In this document: positions 28,863 through 38,420 of the stretch, piece after piece
Numbering within the stretch: the stretch's first letter is position 1
Layout of the letters: every line of letters begins with the position of its first letter
Assembly: GCA_026184295.1 (NCBI GenBank)
Contig: JAHCJK010000003.1
Location: 14,226 to 78,225, forward strand
DNA: 64,000 bases
Source: Planctomycetota bacterium
GTDB taxonomy: Bacteria > Planctomycetota > SZUA-567 > H5-PLA8
Direction: 5' to 3'
The notes under the pieces: generated by a model
The model's input: only the letters and a program-made list of their open reading frames with translations
Databases searched by the model: none
What the model was told of the DNA's origin: nothing
Translations under genes and position numbers: made by a program

Positions 28863-30887
28863 CTAAAACTTCATCGTGAACTTTACATACAAGTTGCGCT
28901 CGATCCTCGATCCGCCCGGCCCGTATTGTTCCCGGTCCGGCTGAAGAAAATTCTGGGCGCCGATGCTCAGGTCCAGGTTCTTCGTCGGAGCCCACCCCAG
29001 GCGCGCGTCCAGCCGCGTATAGCTCGGAACCTCCGACGCCTTAAGTTTATCATAAAAATAGACCGCCGCGTCGAATTGCAGATTGTGCGGCAAGTCGATG
29101 AAGGACCGGACGAAGAACTGGTGCTGGGGCGTCAGCCCTTCGGGAAATTCGGCGTCCTTGGCGAAGGCATTGCTGTCCTTGTGCATCAGAATCTTGACGA
29201 ACGAGTACCCCGCCCCGAAGCGGATCGCGTCCGTCGGGTTCCAGTTGGCCGCGAACTCCCCGCCGTAGGTCTCGCCGCGCATGTCCGCCTGCTGGATCAC
29301 CGGCACGGTGATGTGCAGCGGCGCGGGCCGCGGTTCGGGAAAGAACGCGCCCGGCTCGTTCGAACGCAGGTGGTGATACTGGTTGAAGAACCCCGCCGCG
29401 TCGATCGAGAAGCGCTTGTGGAGCTGCGCGCGGTACCCCAGCTCGTACGAGAACTCCGTCTCGGACGGGATGTCCTTGTTCGGGAAGAGCGCCGCGACGA
29501 TCGGCGGCAGGAAGAAGAAAGGCCGCGAGGCCTGCAGGTTCGCGCGCAGGTCGGTCTCCGTCGGCGCGGAGGTGCGCACCGAACGCGAGGCCGACGACCA
29601 CACGGTGTGGCCTTGAGCGGCATGCCAGACCGCCTTCACGCTCGGCTGGAATTCCCAGCCCGTGTAATCGTTGTGCTCCACCTTGGTCCCAACCGTCAGG
29701 TAGAACTTGTCCTTCAGCACCGTCATCTCGTCCTGCACGAACCCGCTCAGCAGGTCCGTGTGGCGGTTCTTGGGCCGGAAGACGACCGAAAAGGTGTCGT
29801 TGAGGTCCTGCTTCACGAAGCGGTAGCCCGCGCCGTAGACGATCTCGTGCCCCTTCAGCTTCAGATGGTGGTTGAAATCCAGGTCGAAGGTGTGCATCCG
29901 CTGGTCCAGCTTCAGTTCTTCGCGGTCGGTCAGGTCGTAATAAAGCTGCAGGGAGGTCTGCGAGGTCTCCGAGAACGTATGCCCCCAGCGGACGAGCAGG
30001 TCGCCGCCGGCCATGCTGGCGTCCTTGGTGTGCGCGACCATGTACGGCGGCGCCAACTGCGCGAGCACCTGCTTTTCCTCGTGCATGCCCTTGTAGTAGT
30101 CGCCTGAGACGATTACCGCGTCCTTGCTCGACGCCTTGATGTCGAAGCGCACGCCGCCGCGCGCGACGTCCCAGCCGTCGTGCGCGGCCAGCCGGTCGCC
30201 CGCGCGGGTCAGTTCGTCGCGCTTCGAATACTTCACGAAAAAGCGGTACGTGGCCGCCTCGCCGATCTTGCCCCCGTAACGTACCGAATCGATGGTCGTC
30301 TCCTGCGTGCCGGCCGAGACCGCCGCCAGGACGCCCTGCGTGTCCTTCGAGTGCTTGGTGATGATGTTGATCACGCCGTTCACCGCGTTCGCGCCCCAGA
30401 CGGTCGCCCCGGGCCCGCGGATCACTTCGATGCGCTCGATGTCCTCGAGCATCGTGTCCTGCACGTCCCAGTAGACGCCGGCGTAAAGCGGCGAATAAAC
30501 GCTGCGCCCGTCGATCAGCACCAGCAGCTTGTTCGCCAGCCCGCTCTGAAAACCCCGGATGCTGATCGCATACGTGTGCGCGTCGATCTGCGCGACGTTC
30601 ACGCCCGGAGCCAGCCGCAGCGCGTCCGCGATGCTGGTAACGCCCGCGCGGCGGATGTCTTCGCCCGTGATCACGGTCACGGCGGACGCCGTGTCCGAGA
30701 TGCGTTCTTCCTTTTTCGAGACGGAGGTGACCTTGATGTTCAGGAGTTCCTCGATGGAGAGGTCCCCGAGGTCGCGCGAATCCGCGCGCGGTTTCTCCTC
30801 GACCAGCCTTGCTTCTTCGGCCTGCAGCGCGGCCGAGATCGAGCAGAGTCCAAGCAGAACCGTCCACCACCGAGCCGGCAATCCCAT
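28863..30887 (-). CDS. TonB-dependent outer-membrane receptor
   Basis: It has a signal peptide, a TonB box/plug (ASAVTVITGEDIRRAG), a beta-barrel and a C-terminal aromatic residue (…VKFTMKF). No N-terminal signalling extension is present. Confidence 0.9.
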   Translation of the reverse strand: MGLPARWWTVLLGLCSISAALQAEEARLVEEKPRADSRDLGDLSIEELLNIKVTSVSKKEERISDTASAVTVITGEDIRRAGVTSIADALRLAPGVNVAQIDAHTYAISIRGFQSGLANKLLVLIDGRSVYSPLYAGVYWDVQDTMLEDIERIEVIRGPGATVWGANAVNGVINIITKHSKDTQGVLAAVSAGTQETTIDSVRYGGKIGEAATYRFFVKYSKRDELTRAGDRLAAHDGWDVARGGVRFDIKASSKDAVIVSGDYYKGMHEEKQVLAQLAPPYMVAHTKDASMAGGDLLVRWGHTFSETSQTSLQLYYDLTDREELKLDQRMHTFDLDFNHHLKLKGHEIVYGAGYRFVKQDLNDTFSVVFRPKNRHTDLLSGFVQDEMTVLKDKFYLTVGTKVEHNDYTGWEFQPSVKAVWHAAQGHTVWSSASRSVRTSAPTETDLRANLQASRPFFFLPPIVAALFPNKDIPSETEFSYELGYRAQLHKRFSIDAAGFFNQYHHLRSNEPGAFFPEPRPAPLHITVPVIQQADMRGETYGGEFAANWNPTDAIRFGAGYSFVKILMHKDSNAFAKDAEFPEGLTPQHQFFVRSFIDLPHNLQFDAAVYFYDKLKASEVPSYTRLDARLGWAPTKNLDLSIGAQNFLQPDREQYGPGGSRIERNLYVKFTMKF

Positions 30888-31132
30888 ACCGCGGCCTCCG
30901 TCACAAGGAACAGTACGTATTGGAGTTAAATATCCAAAGGAATCTTACTTTACGGGTTGGAAGGCGACAATTCAAATTCGGCTCGCCTTTTCGGCCCGTA
31001 ACTGTTTCAAAAATTTCAACTTAGGTGTCCGAGGTCAAAGGTGCACCTTGTACAACTTCCGGGTGTTTGCTATCCTTCTATTGTCTACTTATGCCCCTTT
31101 GCACCCACGCTGTCTGCGATACAGGAGCACGC

Positions 31133-31645
31133 ATGTCCAAGCCCGGACCGATCGGCGCCCAAGAAGATCCGCTGAACTACCAGATCTCGCCGGAGTTCGC
31201 GCAGATCATCGATCGCAGCAAGGCCTACCTCCAGAACTGGGCCAAGCTCAACCATGCCAACTGGAACATGGGCCAGGAAAAGACGTACGCGATGGACCAG
31301 GACTCGGGCATCCTGAGCTTTCTCTTTGAGAATGGAACCGAGGCGCGGTGCCCGTTTCAGGCGATCGGATCCTTCGACGAGGAGAGCAGGACCTGGGCGT
31401 GGGCCTGGGCCAACCCATCGATCGGCCCGCATCTGTTGATCGACGCGAAGAAGACCTGCGGCTTCGGCAAGAAGCACAACTTCGAGATGCTTACCGAACC
31501 TTACTGGCTTTCCGATCTACGCTGGGCCTGGCGCATGACCGCGGTGGCCGCGAGCGGCTGCCGTGCCGAAGGCGCCTTCTGCGCCCAAATGGGCCCGCTG
31601 AATATGTTCCTGACCTTCCGCAACGTGGAGATTCTTAACCCGTAG
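31133..31645 (+). CDS. hypothetical protein (170 aa), lower-GC gene
   Basis: An ORF of coding-like composition preceded by an AT-rich stretch. It is Trp-rich with no recognised motifs. Confidence 0.45.
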   Translation: MSKPGPIGAQEDPLNYQISPEFAQIIDRSKAYLQNWAKLNHANWNMGQEKTYAMDQDSGILSFLFENGTEARCPFQAIGSFDEESRTWAWAWANPSIGPHLLIDAKKTCGFGKKHNFEMLTEPYWLSDLRWAWRMTAVAASGCRAEGAFCAQMGPLNMFLTFRNVEILNP

Positions 31646-31683
31646 GTTCGGACTTCTCCAAGCATCCCGCGCGCCGTGGCCGC

Positions 31684-32757
31684 TCAGGACAGCAGCGGCG
31701 TCAGCACCTTGATCAGCGTGTCGGCCATCTTCCGGAAGCCCAGGTCGTTGGGATGCGTCCCGTCCACGGTCGCCTCGTCCTCGTCGGTGAAGAGTTCCCG
31801 CGCGTACACGTAATGCAGCCCCGGCACGCCCGACGCCTGCAGCCGCGCGAAGCCTTCCTGCTGCGCCGCGTTCGAGAGGGTGCAGCGATCCCGGCGGTGC
31901 GTGACCAGGAAGCCGTCCTGATAGGTGATGCTATCCACGATCACGATGGGCACGTCCGGATGCGACGCGCGGAGCTTGCGCACGGCGGGCTCGAAGCGTT
32001 CGCGCACCTGCGCCGCGACCATGTTGGGCAGACAGTCGAGCACGAAGATGCGGGCGTCGAGTTCGTTCACCAAGTCCACCACTTCGGGTTCCATCGCCGC
32101 GCTGCCCGAGAGACCCAGATTGACGACCGGGTAGTCGAAGTGCCGTTCCACCAGCGCCACGTGGTTCGTGCCCGGGCGGCAGGCCGCGCTGCCGTGGTTG
32201 ATGGAAGTCCCGTAAAAGACGACGGGCTTTTCGGTGCGCGGCGCGGAAGGCCGCAGCACGGCGTCCCGGGGGATGCCCAGTTCCAACTTGGTCATGCCCC
32301 GCCCCAGCGGCAGATACATCAGGTACGAACGCAGGTCGCGCGGGATGCGCCCGTTCATGATCTTGTGCGCGCCGCTCTCGCCGGCCTGTTTGGCGATGCC
32401 CAGCCACCGCCAGCGCCCACCGTGATTCACGTACAGACTCGGCGAATTGAACGTGGACTGGTTAAGGTTCATCTTGCCGTCGTAATCGACGCTGCGCACG
32501 AACATGAATTCCGCGTCGGTCTCGAAGCGCAACGAAAGCCCCGCACAGGCCAGCGACTGCCGCCAAGGCTTCTCCGGAATCCGGCCCTCCGCGCGCCGCG
32601 GGAAGCGCTCGTAGCGTTTGGACTCCTCCACCCAACCCTTCCCCGCCAGCGTAAGCCGCTCCGCGTCGTACCACAGGAATTCGTTCGGGCCGTCCCACTC
32701 CACGTCCTTCATGTCCATCGGCACCGCGCAAGACGGATCGATCGCCGGTAACGGCAT
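31684..32757 (-). CDS. SGNH/GDSL-family hydrolase (carbohydrate esterase-like)
   Basis: Block I is VVFYGTSINHG and block V is DGTHPND. The start is taken at an internal ATG; a GTG 21 nt upstream is also possible. Confidence 0.75.
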   Translation of the reverse strand: MPLPAIDPSCAVPMDMKDVEWDGPNEFLWYDAERLTLAGKGWVEESKRYERFPRRAEGRIPEKPWRQSLACAGLSLRFETDAEFMFVRSVDYDGKMNLNQSTFNSPSLYVNHGGRWRWLGIAKQAGESGAHKIMNGRIPRDLRSYLMYLPLGRGMTKLELGIPRDAVLRPSAPRTEKPVVFYGTSINHGSAACRPGTNHVALVERHFDYPVVNLGLSGSAAMEPEVVDLVNELDARIFVLDCLPNMVAAQVRERFEPAVRKLRASHPDVPIVIVDSITYQDGFLVTHRRDRCTLSNAAQQEGFARLQASGVPGLHYVYARELFTDEDEATVDGTHPNDLGFRKMADTLIKVLTPLLS

Positions 32758-32931
32758 GGCAGGTCCTTTCCGTACCACTGGTTTGAGAGCAGACAGGTTC
32801 CGCGAAATTCGGCGAAGGAAGCATAGCCCGCGGATGACCGAACGCCTAGGGACGAAGGCGCGCGACCACCGGGTTCTGCCTTGGGACTCGAATCATACGC
32901 AGGACGCAACGCGTGCGAGAAAAATCATAAA

Positions 32932-33004
32932 AGCCACCTCCCGGGATCGAACCGGGGACCTACGGTTTACAAAACCGTTGCTCTACCGGCTGAGCTAAGG
33001 TGGC
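32932..33004 (-). tRNA. tRNA-Thr (anticodon TGT)
   Basis: The reverse complement folds as a cloverleaf: acceptor GCCACCT/AGGTGGC, D-arm GCTCAGCCGGTAGAGC, anticodon stem ACGGT/ACCGT with loop TTTGTAA (U33, A37, anticodon UGU), and T-arm GGTTCGATCC. CCA is not encoded. Confidence 0.8.
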
Positions 33005-33171
33005 GCGCGGCGCTTCCTACGAAGATTAATGGAAAAAGGTAGCGCAGGCAATAGCGCCGTTCGCCGCGGTATAAAGCCCCCGTGCGTGGGCCTCGCGGGC
33101 GTAGCGCGGGAGGTTCGGTCGCGGACATGGGCCGTGCGACGCGGGCCGCGGGCCGTGGACGGCCTCCGGCG

Positions 33172-36100
33172 TTACGGCGCTTTGGCGGTGGTGATCGCCA
33201 GGACCACGGGGACGCCGCGGCGCTGTTCGCCGTACACGACATCGATGCTCTTGATCTCGACATCGGGGCGCGGGTTGTTCCACTGCATCGAGTACGCCAC
33301 GGCGTGCTGGTCGGTGCCCTCGTACGGCGCGGTCCAGCCCAGTTGCGCGCCGGGCAGCGCGGCGGGCGTCTTCTGCCGGTAGTCGTGAATATCGATCTCG
33401 GCGTAGACGGGCACGCCGGCGGTCTGGCCGTCGGCATAGGTAACGACGTAGCGCAGCATCTCGTACTTCTTGTCTTCCTTCAGGTCCTTGGGATTGCGGC
33501 GCTGGTCCAGCCGCGCGGTGTGCAGGAAGAAGACCGCGTCGGCCTTGCGGCCCACGGGAATGTCCTTCACTTCTTCCGGCGGCTTGTTGGGGATGTTCTT
33601 GCCGCCGAGCATGATCACCGTCGGCACCTGCGACGTGGCGAAGTCGTAGACCTGGTAGGTCACGCCCGCGAACTTCTGCCGGCCGGTGGGCAGATCCTTG
33701 AACGTGAAGCGCTTGTCGCCGAACCAGCCGCGGTCGTCGCGGTACTGCGTGCCGAACTTCGAGATGTCCACGGGCTGGCAGTCCAGGTTCGAACCGGCGA
33801 CGACGGTCTTCGCGCCGCCGAAGGGCGCCTGCAGGTTGCGCAGGAGCGCCGCGAGGATGTTGCGCTTCTTGGCCGCGTTTTCCGGGACGGCCTCGCGTTC
33901 GAGGAAGGCGACGTTGCAGAGCAGGATGCCGCCGCTGCCCTTCGCGTAGGAAAGCATCCCGCCGATGTTCAGCAGCGGCTTCACGCGCGCGTAGAAATCG
34001 TCCGAACGCTTCGCCTTGATGCGCAGGTTGTCCACGCCGAGCACTTCGGCGCGGCCGACCTTGGCCCATTCGGCCAGGTTCAGCGTCAGCGCCTTGCCTT
34101 TGCGCGCGGGTTCTACCGCGAAGGTCTGCGGTTCGTTGTTGGGCTCGGTCTTGAAGGACACGGCGTGTTCGCGGTCGCCGTCGAAGATCAGGTCCAGCTT
34201 CGTGACGATGTGGTACATCGCGTTGCCGGTCCATTCGATCTCGACGATCTCTTCTTCCACGGGCCACGTGAGCGTGAATTCGTGCGGCGAGCCCTTGCCG
34301 AGGGGGATGGAGAAGATGTACTTCCAACTGTCGGCCGAGACGAACCCGTTGACCATGTTCAGCGGGTTGTGGTCGTTCTCCGGGTTTTCCTCGTCGTACT
34401 TGAAATACTTCGGATCGGGAAAGGCCGCGAAGGGCGCGATGTCGTCGTAGTCGAGGACGTAGGAAAACTCGTCGGAGGCCAGGTAGACGTCGCGCGTCCA
34501 TGTATTGATGCGCTTGCCGGACTGCATCACGATGTCGGCGGTCGTCAGGCCCGCGGTGAGCGGGTGCTTGGAGGCCGGGAAGGTGACGCGTTCCATCCGG
34601 AACGGACGGATCAGGTGGTTGACGCCGACGACCTTGTTGTAGTCCGCCAGGCTTTCGGGCGTGAGGCCGTTCAGGACGATCCAGCCGCCGCCGGCACAGT
34701 AGGCATCCACCTTGGCCTGGTTTTCGGCGAGCGTCTTAAGATTCGCGGGCGAGGCGTTCAGCACCGCGATCTTGTTTTCGCCGAGGACGTCCAGCGGCCC
34801 GGGCGCTTCGGTGAACTTCATGCCGATGCCCTTGAGCGCCGCCGCGAAATCGGGCGCGTTCTGCACGCAGGCCGCGACGGAACGCACCTGCAGCTTGTAA
34901 CCGGCCGCGTATTCGAGCAGGTTCAGGAAAAGTTTGCGCGGGACGGCGCCGCCTGGGAGTTTTTCGCCCACCGTCAGTTGCGTGACGCAGAGCAGCCCCT
35001 CGCCCACGGGCATTTCCAGCAACGCGGTGTTCTGGAGCTTCTGGTGGCACTGCACGAGCGACTTGCCGCCGTGCGAGGGTTTGCCGTACGCATTGCGGTA
35101 GACGATGTGCTCCGGGCCCCAGGTGTAAAAGTCCTTCTGATCAAGCCCGCGCGCGACCGGATGGTTGAGGTCTTCGAGGAAGGCGGTGCGGCCTTCGTTC
35201 TGTTCCACGTCCACGTCGGCGGGCAGCGCCAGGTAGCGCAGCGGATGCTGTTGTTCGAGCACCACGACGCGCCGGCCGGCTACGGCCCAGCCCTGCAGCG
35301 CGCTGGATGCGCAATCGATCGGCGTCAGCGCGTCCTTGCCGACGACCAGTACCTGCCCGGCATCGGGAAGGGACTTCAGATCCGTGAGCGCCGTAAAGGG
35401 CTGCTTGAGGTCCTTGAGGAAGGCCGCGGCGTTGCCCTGCGGGTCGTAGACGAGCAGGTCCTTTTCGCCCAGCTTGGCGAGCGCAGGGTAATCCGCGAGC
35501 TTGGCCTCGGGCAGCACCGAGACCGCCTTCACGTCGCGGAAGACTTCCTGGCCCTTCACCTTCAGCGTCAGGGTCCAGGTGCCTTCGGTGCGCTTCGCGA
35601 CCTCGGGCATCGCCAGTTCCACCGCGAACGCTTCGCTGCCGCCCGGCGCGATCTTGAAGGTCTTCGCTTCGCCTTCGGTCTTCGTGCCGCCGGCGTCCAG
35701 GGTCCAACGGAACTCGATGGGTTCGTCGAAGCGCGTGTCGTTGAAGACCTTCATCGAGCGCGCAATCTTCTTGCCCGACGTGAACGTCCAGTCCCACTGC
35801 CGGCAGAAGACCGCGACGGGCGCGTTGGAATTGTACTGGTCGAGCGCCTCGTGCTGGCCCATCCAGAAGTGCCACGCGCCGTAGCCCGCCCAGCGGTAGC
35901 CCTCCGTCAGATTTCGGTAGATGATGCCGGCTGCTCGGCGCGACTGCGCCTTGCCCTGGAAGGTTTCTTCGCCGCCGAAATAGGAGTATTCGAACGGGTT
36001 GATGCCGTTCGCGAAGTAGTCTTCGCCGATAAAGCGCGGGCGCTTGAGGTCCCAGTGCCAGCGGCCGCGGCCGCCGCCGTCTTCGTGGTCTTCGTACGCG

Positions 36101-38247
36101 AGATCGGGGTAGTTCCCGAAGCCCGAGCGCCCGCCGAAGACGTAGTGGTCGCCGTGCACCGGCAGGGTGTTGGCCTTCGTCGCGCCGCCGCCGTCCACCA
36201 TGGTAAAGCGCGTGGGATCGGCCTTCAGGACCGCCTCGCTGGTCTTCGTGATCTCGGCTTCGAAGTGGTCCATCAGGCCGCCGTACAGGTTGATGCAGTT
36301 GATGTAGAGGTACTCGTTCTCGATCGACCAGACCATCACCGAGGGATGGTTGCGTTCGCCCAGCACGCGCGCGACCTGCTGGTCGCGCCAGTTGCGCATC
36401 AGGTCCATCTTGATCGGCGATTCTTTCGCCAGGTCGGGATCTTTCTCGATGGCCATGTAGCCGATGGCCTCGCCGTCCAGCGTGCCGCTGCGCCGCACCA
36501 CGACGCCTTCGCGGTCGAAGAAGTCCAGCGCGGCTTCGGGCGCGAGCCCCTGCCAGCGCGTGCCCCAGAAGCGCATCACCCGCTGGTTGGATTTGCGGTA
36601 GAACGCGATCCAGTCCTCGGGGCTCTTGGCGGTAAAGCAATCGGCCCAGCCGTGCCAGACGAGGCCGTTGAGCTTGAAGTCCTTCCCTTCGCTCGTCCAT
36701 TCGCGGAAGCCGAACGTGGTCTCCGAAATGTCCGCGACCTTGCCGCCGACCTTGACCGTCGCGCGCAGCTTGTACAGGTTCGGTTCGTCGGGCCACCAGA
36801 GCTTCGGGTTCTCCCAGGGCTCGGTAAGCGTAAGGGTCTGACTTGCTTCGGCGGTCTCAAACGCTTTCGCCGCGAAGGTCTTCTCGACCGCGCCGGTCTT
36901 TGCATTCACGGCCTCGCAGACGATCTCGCCCGCGGCCTTGGCGCCCTCCGATCCTTTTAAGGTGATTTCGAGCGCGATCTGCTTTTTCGCCACGGAGGTA
37001 TTGGGGAAAACATCGTCGGCGTAGACCGGGCCGGCGGCGGTGAAGACCGGAGCGAGCAGCATGCCGGACTGGAAGTGGTGCCAGATGGGATAGGCGAGTT
37101 CCTGGAATCCGCCTTCGGTCCGGTCGAGCGGGATGTTGAACTTCTTGCGCAGCTTCATCGGATCGTTCGGGTTCGTGGAATACCCGTACCACGCGTCGCG
37201 CATGCCGACCCAGACCTCGTTCGCTTGCCCGGCCTTGACGCCTTTGGTCACGTCGATGCGGAAGCGCGCGAACGGATTCTTGTTGAAGCCGCAGTAGACG
37301 CCGTTCACGTAGACCGTGGTGTTGAGGTTGTTCTCGGGGAATTCGAGATAAAAGGAGCGCCCCGCGGCTTCGGCGGGCACGTTTACCTTCGTGCGGTACC
37401 AGAAGCGGTGGCAGAAGACGAGATCGGGGCGGAGCTTGTTCTTGTCGCCGGGGACCTGGATGGCCGACCAGAACGGATGCTTGGGGAACTCCTGGATCGG
37501 CTGCGCGACGTCCGGACCCGGCAGGTCCTCGTCGAAACGGCAGATTTCCCACGCACCGCTCAGTTCCACCGACGAACGCAGGCCTTCGCCTTTGGGCGCG
37601 GGCAGCGCGAAGACGTTCGCGGCGGCCTTGCGGTCGGCTTCGGTCGCGGCGTCTTCGCCGGGCTTACGCAGACCGTTCGGATAAAACGGACCGTCGGAAA
37701 TGCACACGGCGTCGAGCGCGAAGAGGATACGCGCGGTCTTCTTCTTGTCGTCCTGCGTCTTGAGCAGCCGGAACTCGAGCTTGTGGTCGCCCGCGGCGAG
37801 CTTTTCCATTCCCAGTTTCAGCCAGGCGACCTCGCACCAGACGTCCACTTCGTACAGGTCGGTGGTCAGGACATCGGGGTCCACGCGCTTCCAGGGCTGC
37901 GCGTCGATGCGCCATTCGAACGGCGAACGGACGAACTCGAAGCCGATGCGCGCCCAGATTTCCTTCTCGCCGTCCTTAGCGGCCTTGAACGCGTAGGCCA
38001 GCAGCGCGCCGTCGTCCGGCAGCTTCTCCACTTCCTCGGGCGGCAGGCTGACGTGCGCCCAGGATTCGCCCGAGAGAAACTCCTTCTTGCCCCAGCCGCC
38101 CAGCTTGGGCGACACCGTGGACGACGCGGGCTGTTCGCCTTCGATCCACACAAAGCCCGGCGCGTCTTCCGCGCTCAGGATGGAATGCGTCAGAACCGCC
38201 GTGGCGGCAACTACAGCCAGCCATGCCTTTGCATGTAGTAGGCGCAT
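33172..38247 (-). CDS. giant secreted glycoside hydrolase, GH2-like catalytic module with N-terminal CBM-like domain and a ~900-aa C-terminal extension (1691 aa)
   Basis: Signal peptide MRLLHAKAWLAVVAATAVLTHS. The GH2 acid/base region is NHPSVMVWSIENE. The ORF is uninterrupted. The N-terminal ~130 aa are shared with the 57136-59790 protein. Confidence 0.85.
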   Translation of the reverse strand: MRLLHAKAWLAVVAATAVLTHSILSAEDAPGFVWIEGEQPASSTVSPKLGGWGKKEFLSGESWAHVSLPPEEVEKLPDDGALLAYAFKAAKDGEKEIWARIGFEFVRSPFEWRIDAQPWKRVDPDVLTTDLYEVDVWCEVAWLKLGMEKLAAGDHKLEFRLLKTQDDKKKTARILFALDAVCISDGPFYPNGLRKPGEDAATEADRKAAANVFALPAPKGEGLRSSVELSGAWEICRFDEDLPGPDVAQPIQEFPKHPFWSAIQVPGDKNKLRPDLVFCHRFWYRTKVNVPAEAAGRSFYLEFPENNLNTTVYVNGVYCGFNKNPFARFRIDVTKGVKAGQANEVWVGMRDAWYGYSTNPNDPMKLRKKFNIPLDRTEGGFQELAYPIWHHFQSGMLLAPVFTAAGPVYADDVFPNTSVAKKQIALEITLKGSEGAKAAGEIVCEAVNAKTGAVEKTFAAKAFETAEASQTLTLTEPWENPKLWWPDEPNLYKLRATVKVGGKVADISETTFGFREWTSEGKDFKLNGLVWHGWADCFTAKSPEDWIAFYRKSNQRVMRFWGTRWQGLAPEAALDFFDREGVVVRRSGTLDGEAIGYMAIEKDPDLAKESPIKMDLMRNWRDQQVARVLGERNHPSVMVWSIENEYLYINCINLYGGLMDHFEAEITKTSEAVLKADPTRFTMVDGGGATKANTLPVHGDHYVFGGRSGFGNYPDLAYEDHEDGGGRGRWHWDLKRPRFIGEDYFANGINPFEYSYFGGEETFQGKAQSRRAAGIIYRNLTEGYRWAGYGAWHFWMGQHEALDQYNSNAPVAVFCRQWDWTFTSGKKIARSMKVFNDTRFDEPIEFRWTLDAGGTKTEGEAKTFKIAPGGSEAFAVELAMPEVAKRTEGTWTLTLKVKGQEVFRDVKAVSVLPEAKLADYPALAKLGEKDLLVYDPQGNAAAFLKDLKQPFTALTDLKSLPDAGQVLVVGKDALTPIDCASSALQGWAVAGRRVVVLEQQHPLRYLALPADVDVEQNEGRTAFLEDLNHPVARGLDQKDFYTWGPEHIVYRNAYGKPSHGGKSLVQCHQKLQNTALLEMPVGEGLLCVTQLTVGEKLPGGAVPRKLFLNLLEYAAGYKLQVRSVAACVQNAPDFAAALKGIGMKFTEAPGPLDVLGENKIAVLNASPANLKTLAENQAKVDAYCAGGGWIVLNGLTPESLADYNKVVGVNHLIRPFRMERVTFPASKHPLTAGLTTADIVMQSGKRINTWTRDVYLASDEFSYVLDYDDIAPFAAFPDPKYFKYDEENPENDHNPLNMVNGFVSADSWKYIFSIPLGKGSPHEFTLTWPVEEEIVEIEWTGNAMYHIVTKLDLIFDGDREHAVSFKTEPNNEPQTFAVEPARKGKALTLNLAEWAKVGRAEVLGVDNLRIKAKRSDDFYARVKPLLNIGGMLSYAKGSGGILLCNVAFLEREAVPENAAKKRNILAALLRNLQAPFGGAKTVVAGSNLDCQPVDISKFGTQYRDDRGWFGDKRFTFKDLPTGRQKFAGVTYQVYDFATSQVPTVIMLGGKNIPNKPPEEVKDIPVGRKADAVFFLHTARLDQRRNPKDLKEDKKYEMLRYVVTYADGQTAGVPVYAEIDIHDYRQKTPAALPGAQLGWTAPYEGTDQHAVAYSMQWNNPRPDVEIKSIDVVYGEQRRGVPVVLAITTAKAP

Positions 38248-38305
38248 GTAAACAGTCTCCCCGTCACCCGTTCGTTACTCCTTAAGATACACTTGGTTCG
38301 GCGAT

Positions 38306-38390
38306 CTGTCACAAAATGTAATTTACTTGGCCATAGGTGTTTCGAATTATGTGTGACACGGGGATTGACAATGTGTGACAGTATGTTACA
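38306..38390. promoter_or_regulatory. candidate DeoR operator array: direct repeats ATGTGTGACA (38349-38358, 38371-38380) plus related TGTCACA / TGTTACA copies
   Basis: The motif family is repeated in the divergent intergenic region between the GH2 gene and the DeoR regulator gene. Confidence 0.5.
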
Positions 38391-38420
38391 GTTCGAACGA
38401 TCACGAATCCGAGGTCCGGC

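Noticed and set aside
25153-30870. ORFs 25153..26889 (+), 26937..28121 (+), 28350..30107 (+), 29050..30870 (-)
   Set aside because: They overlap the FecR, RR, HK, DUF4154 and TBDR genes, which have clear family motifs. These ORFs do not.
33026-38238. ORFs 33026..34501 (-), 33082..36960 (+, 1292 aa), 35141..36796 (-), 37075..38238 (+)
   Set aside because: All lie within the 1691-aa GH2 gene, whose frame carries a signal peptide and a GH2 catalytic motif. The others are artefacts of 68% GC.
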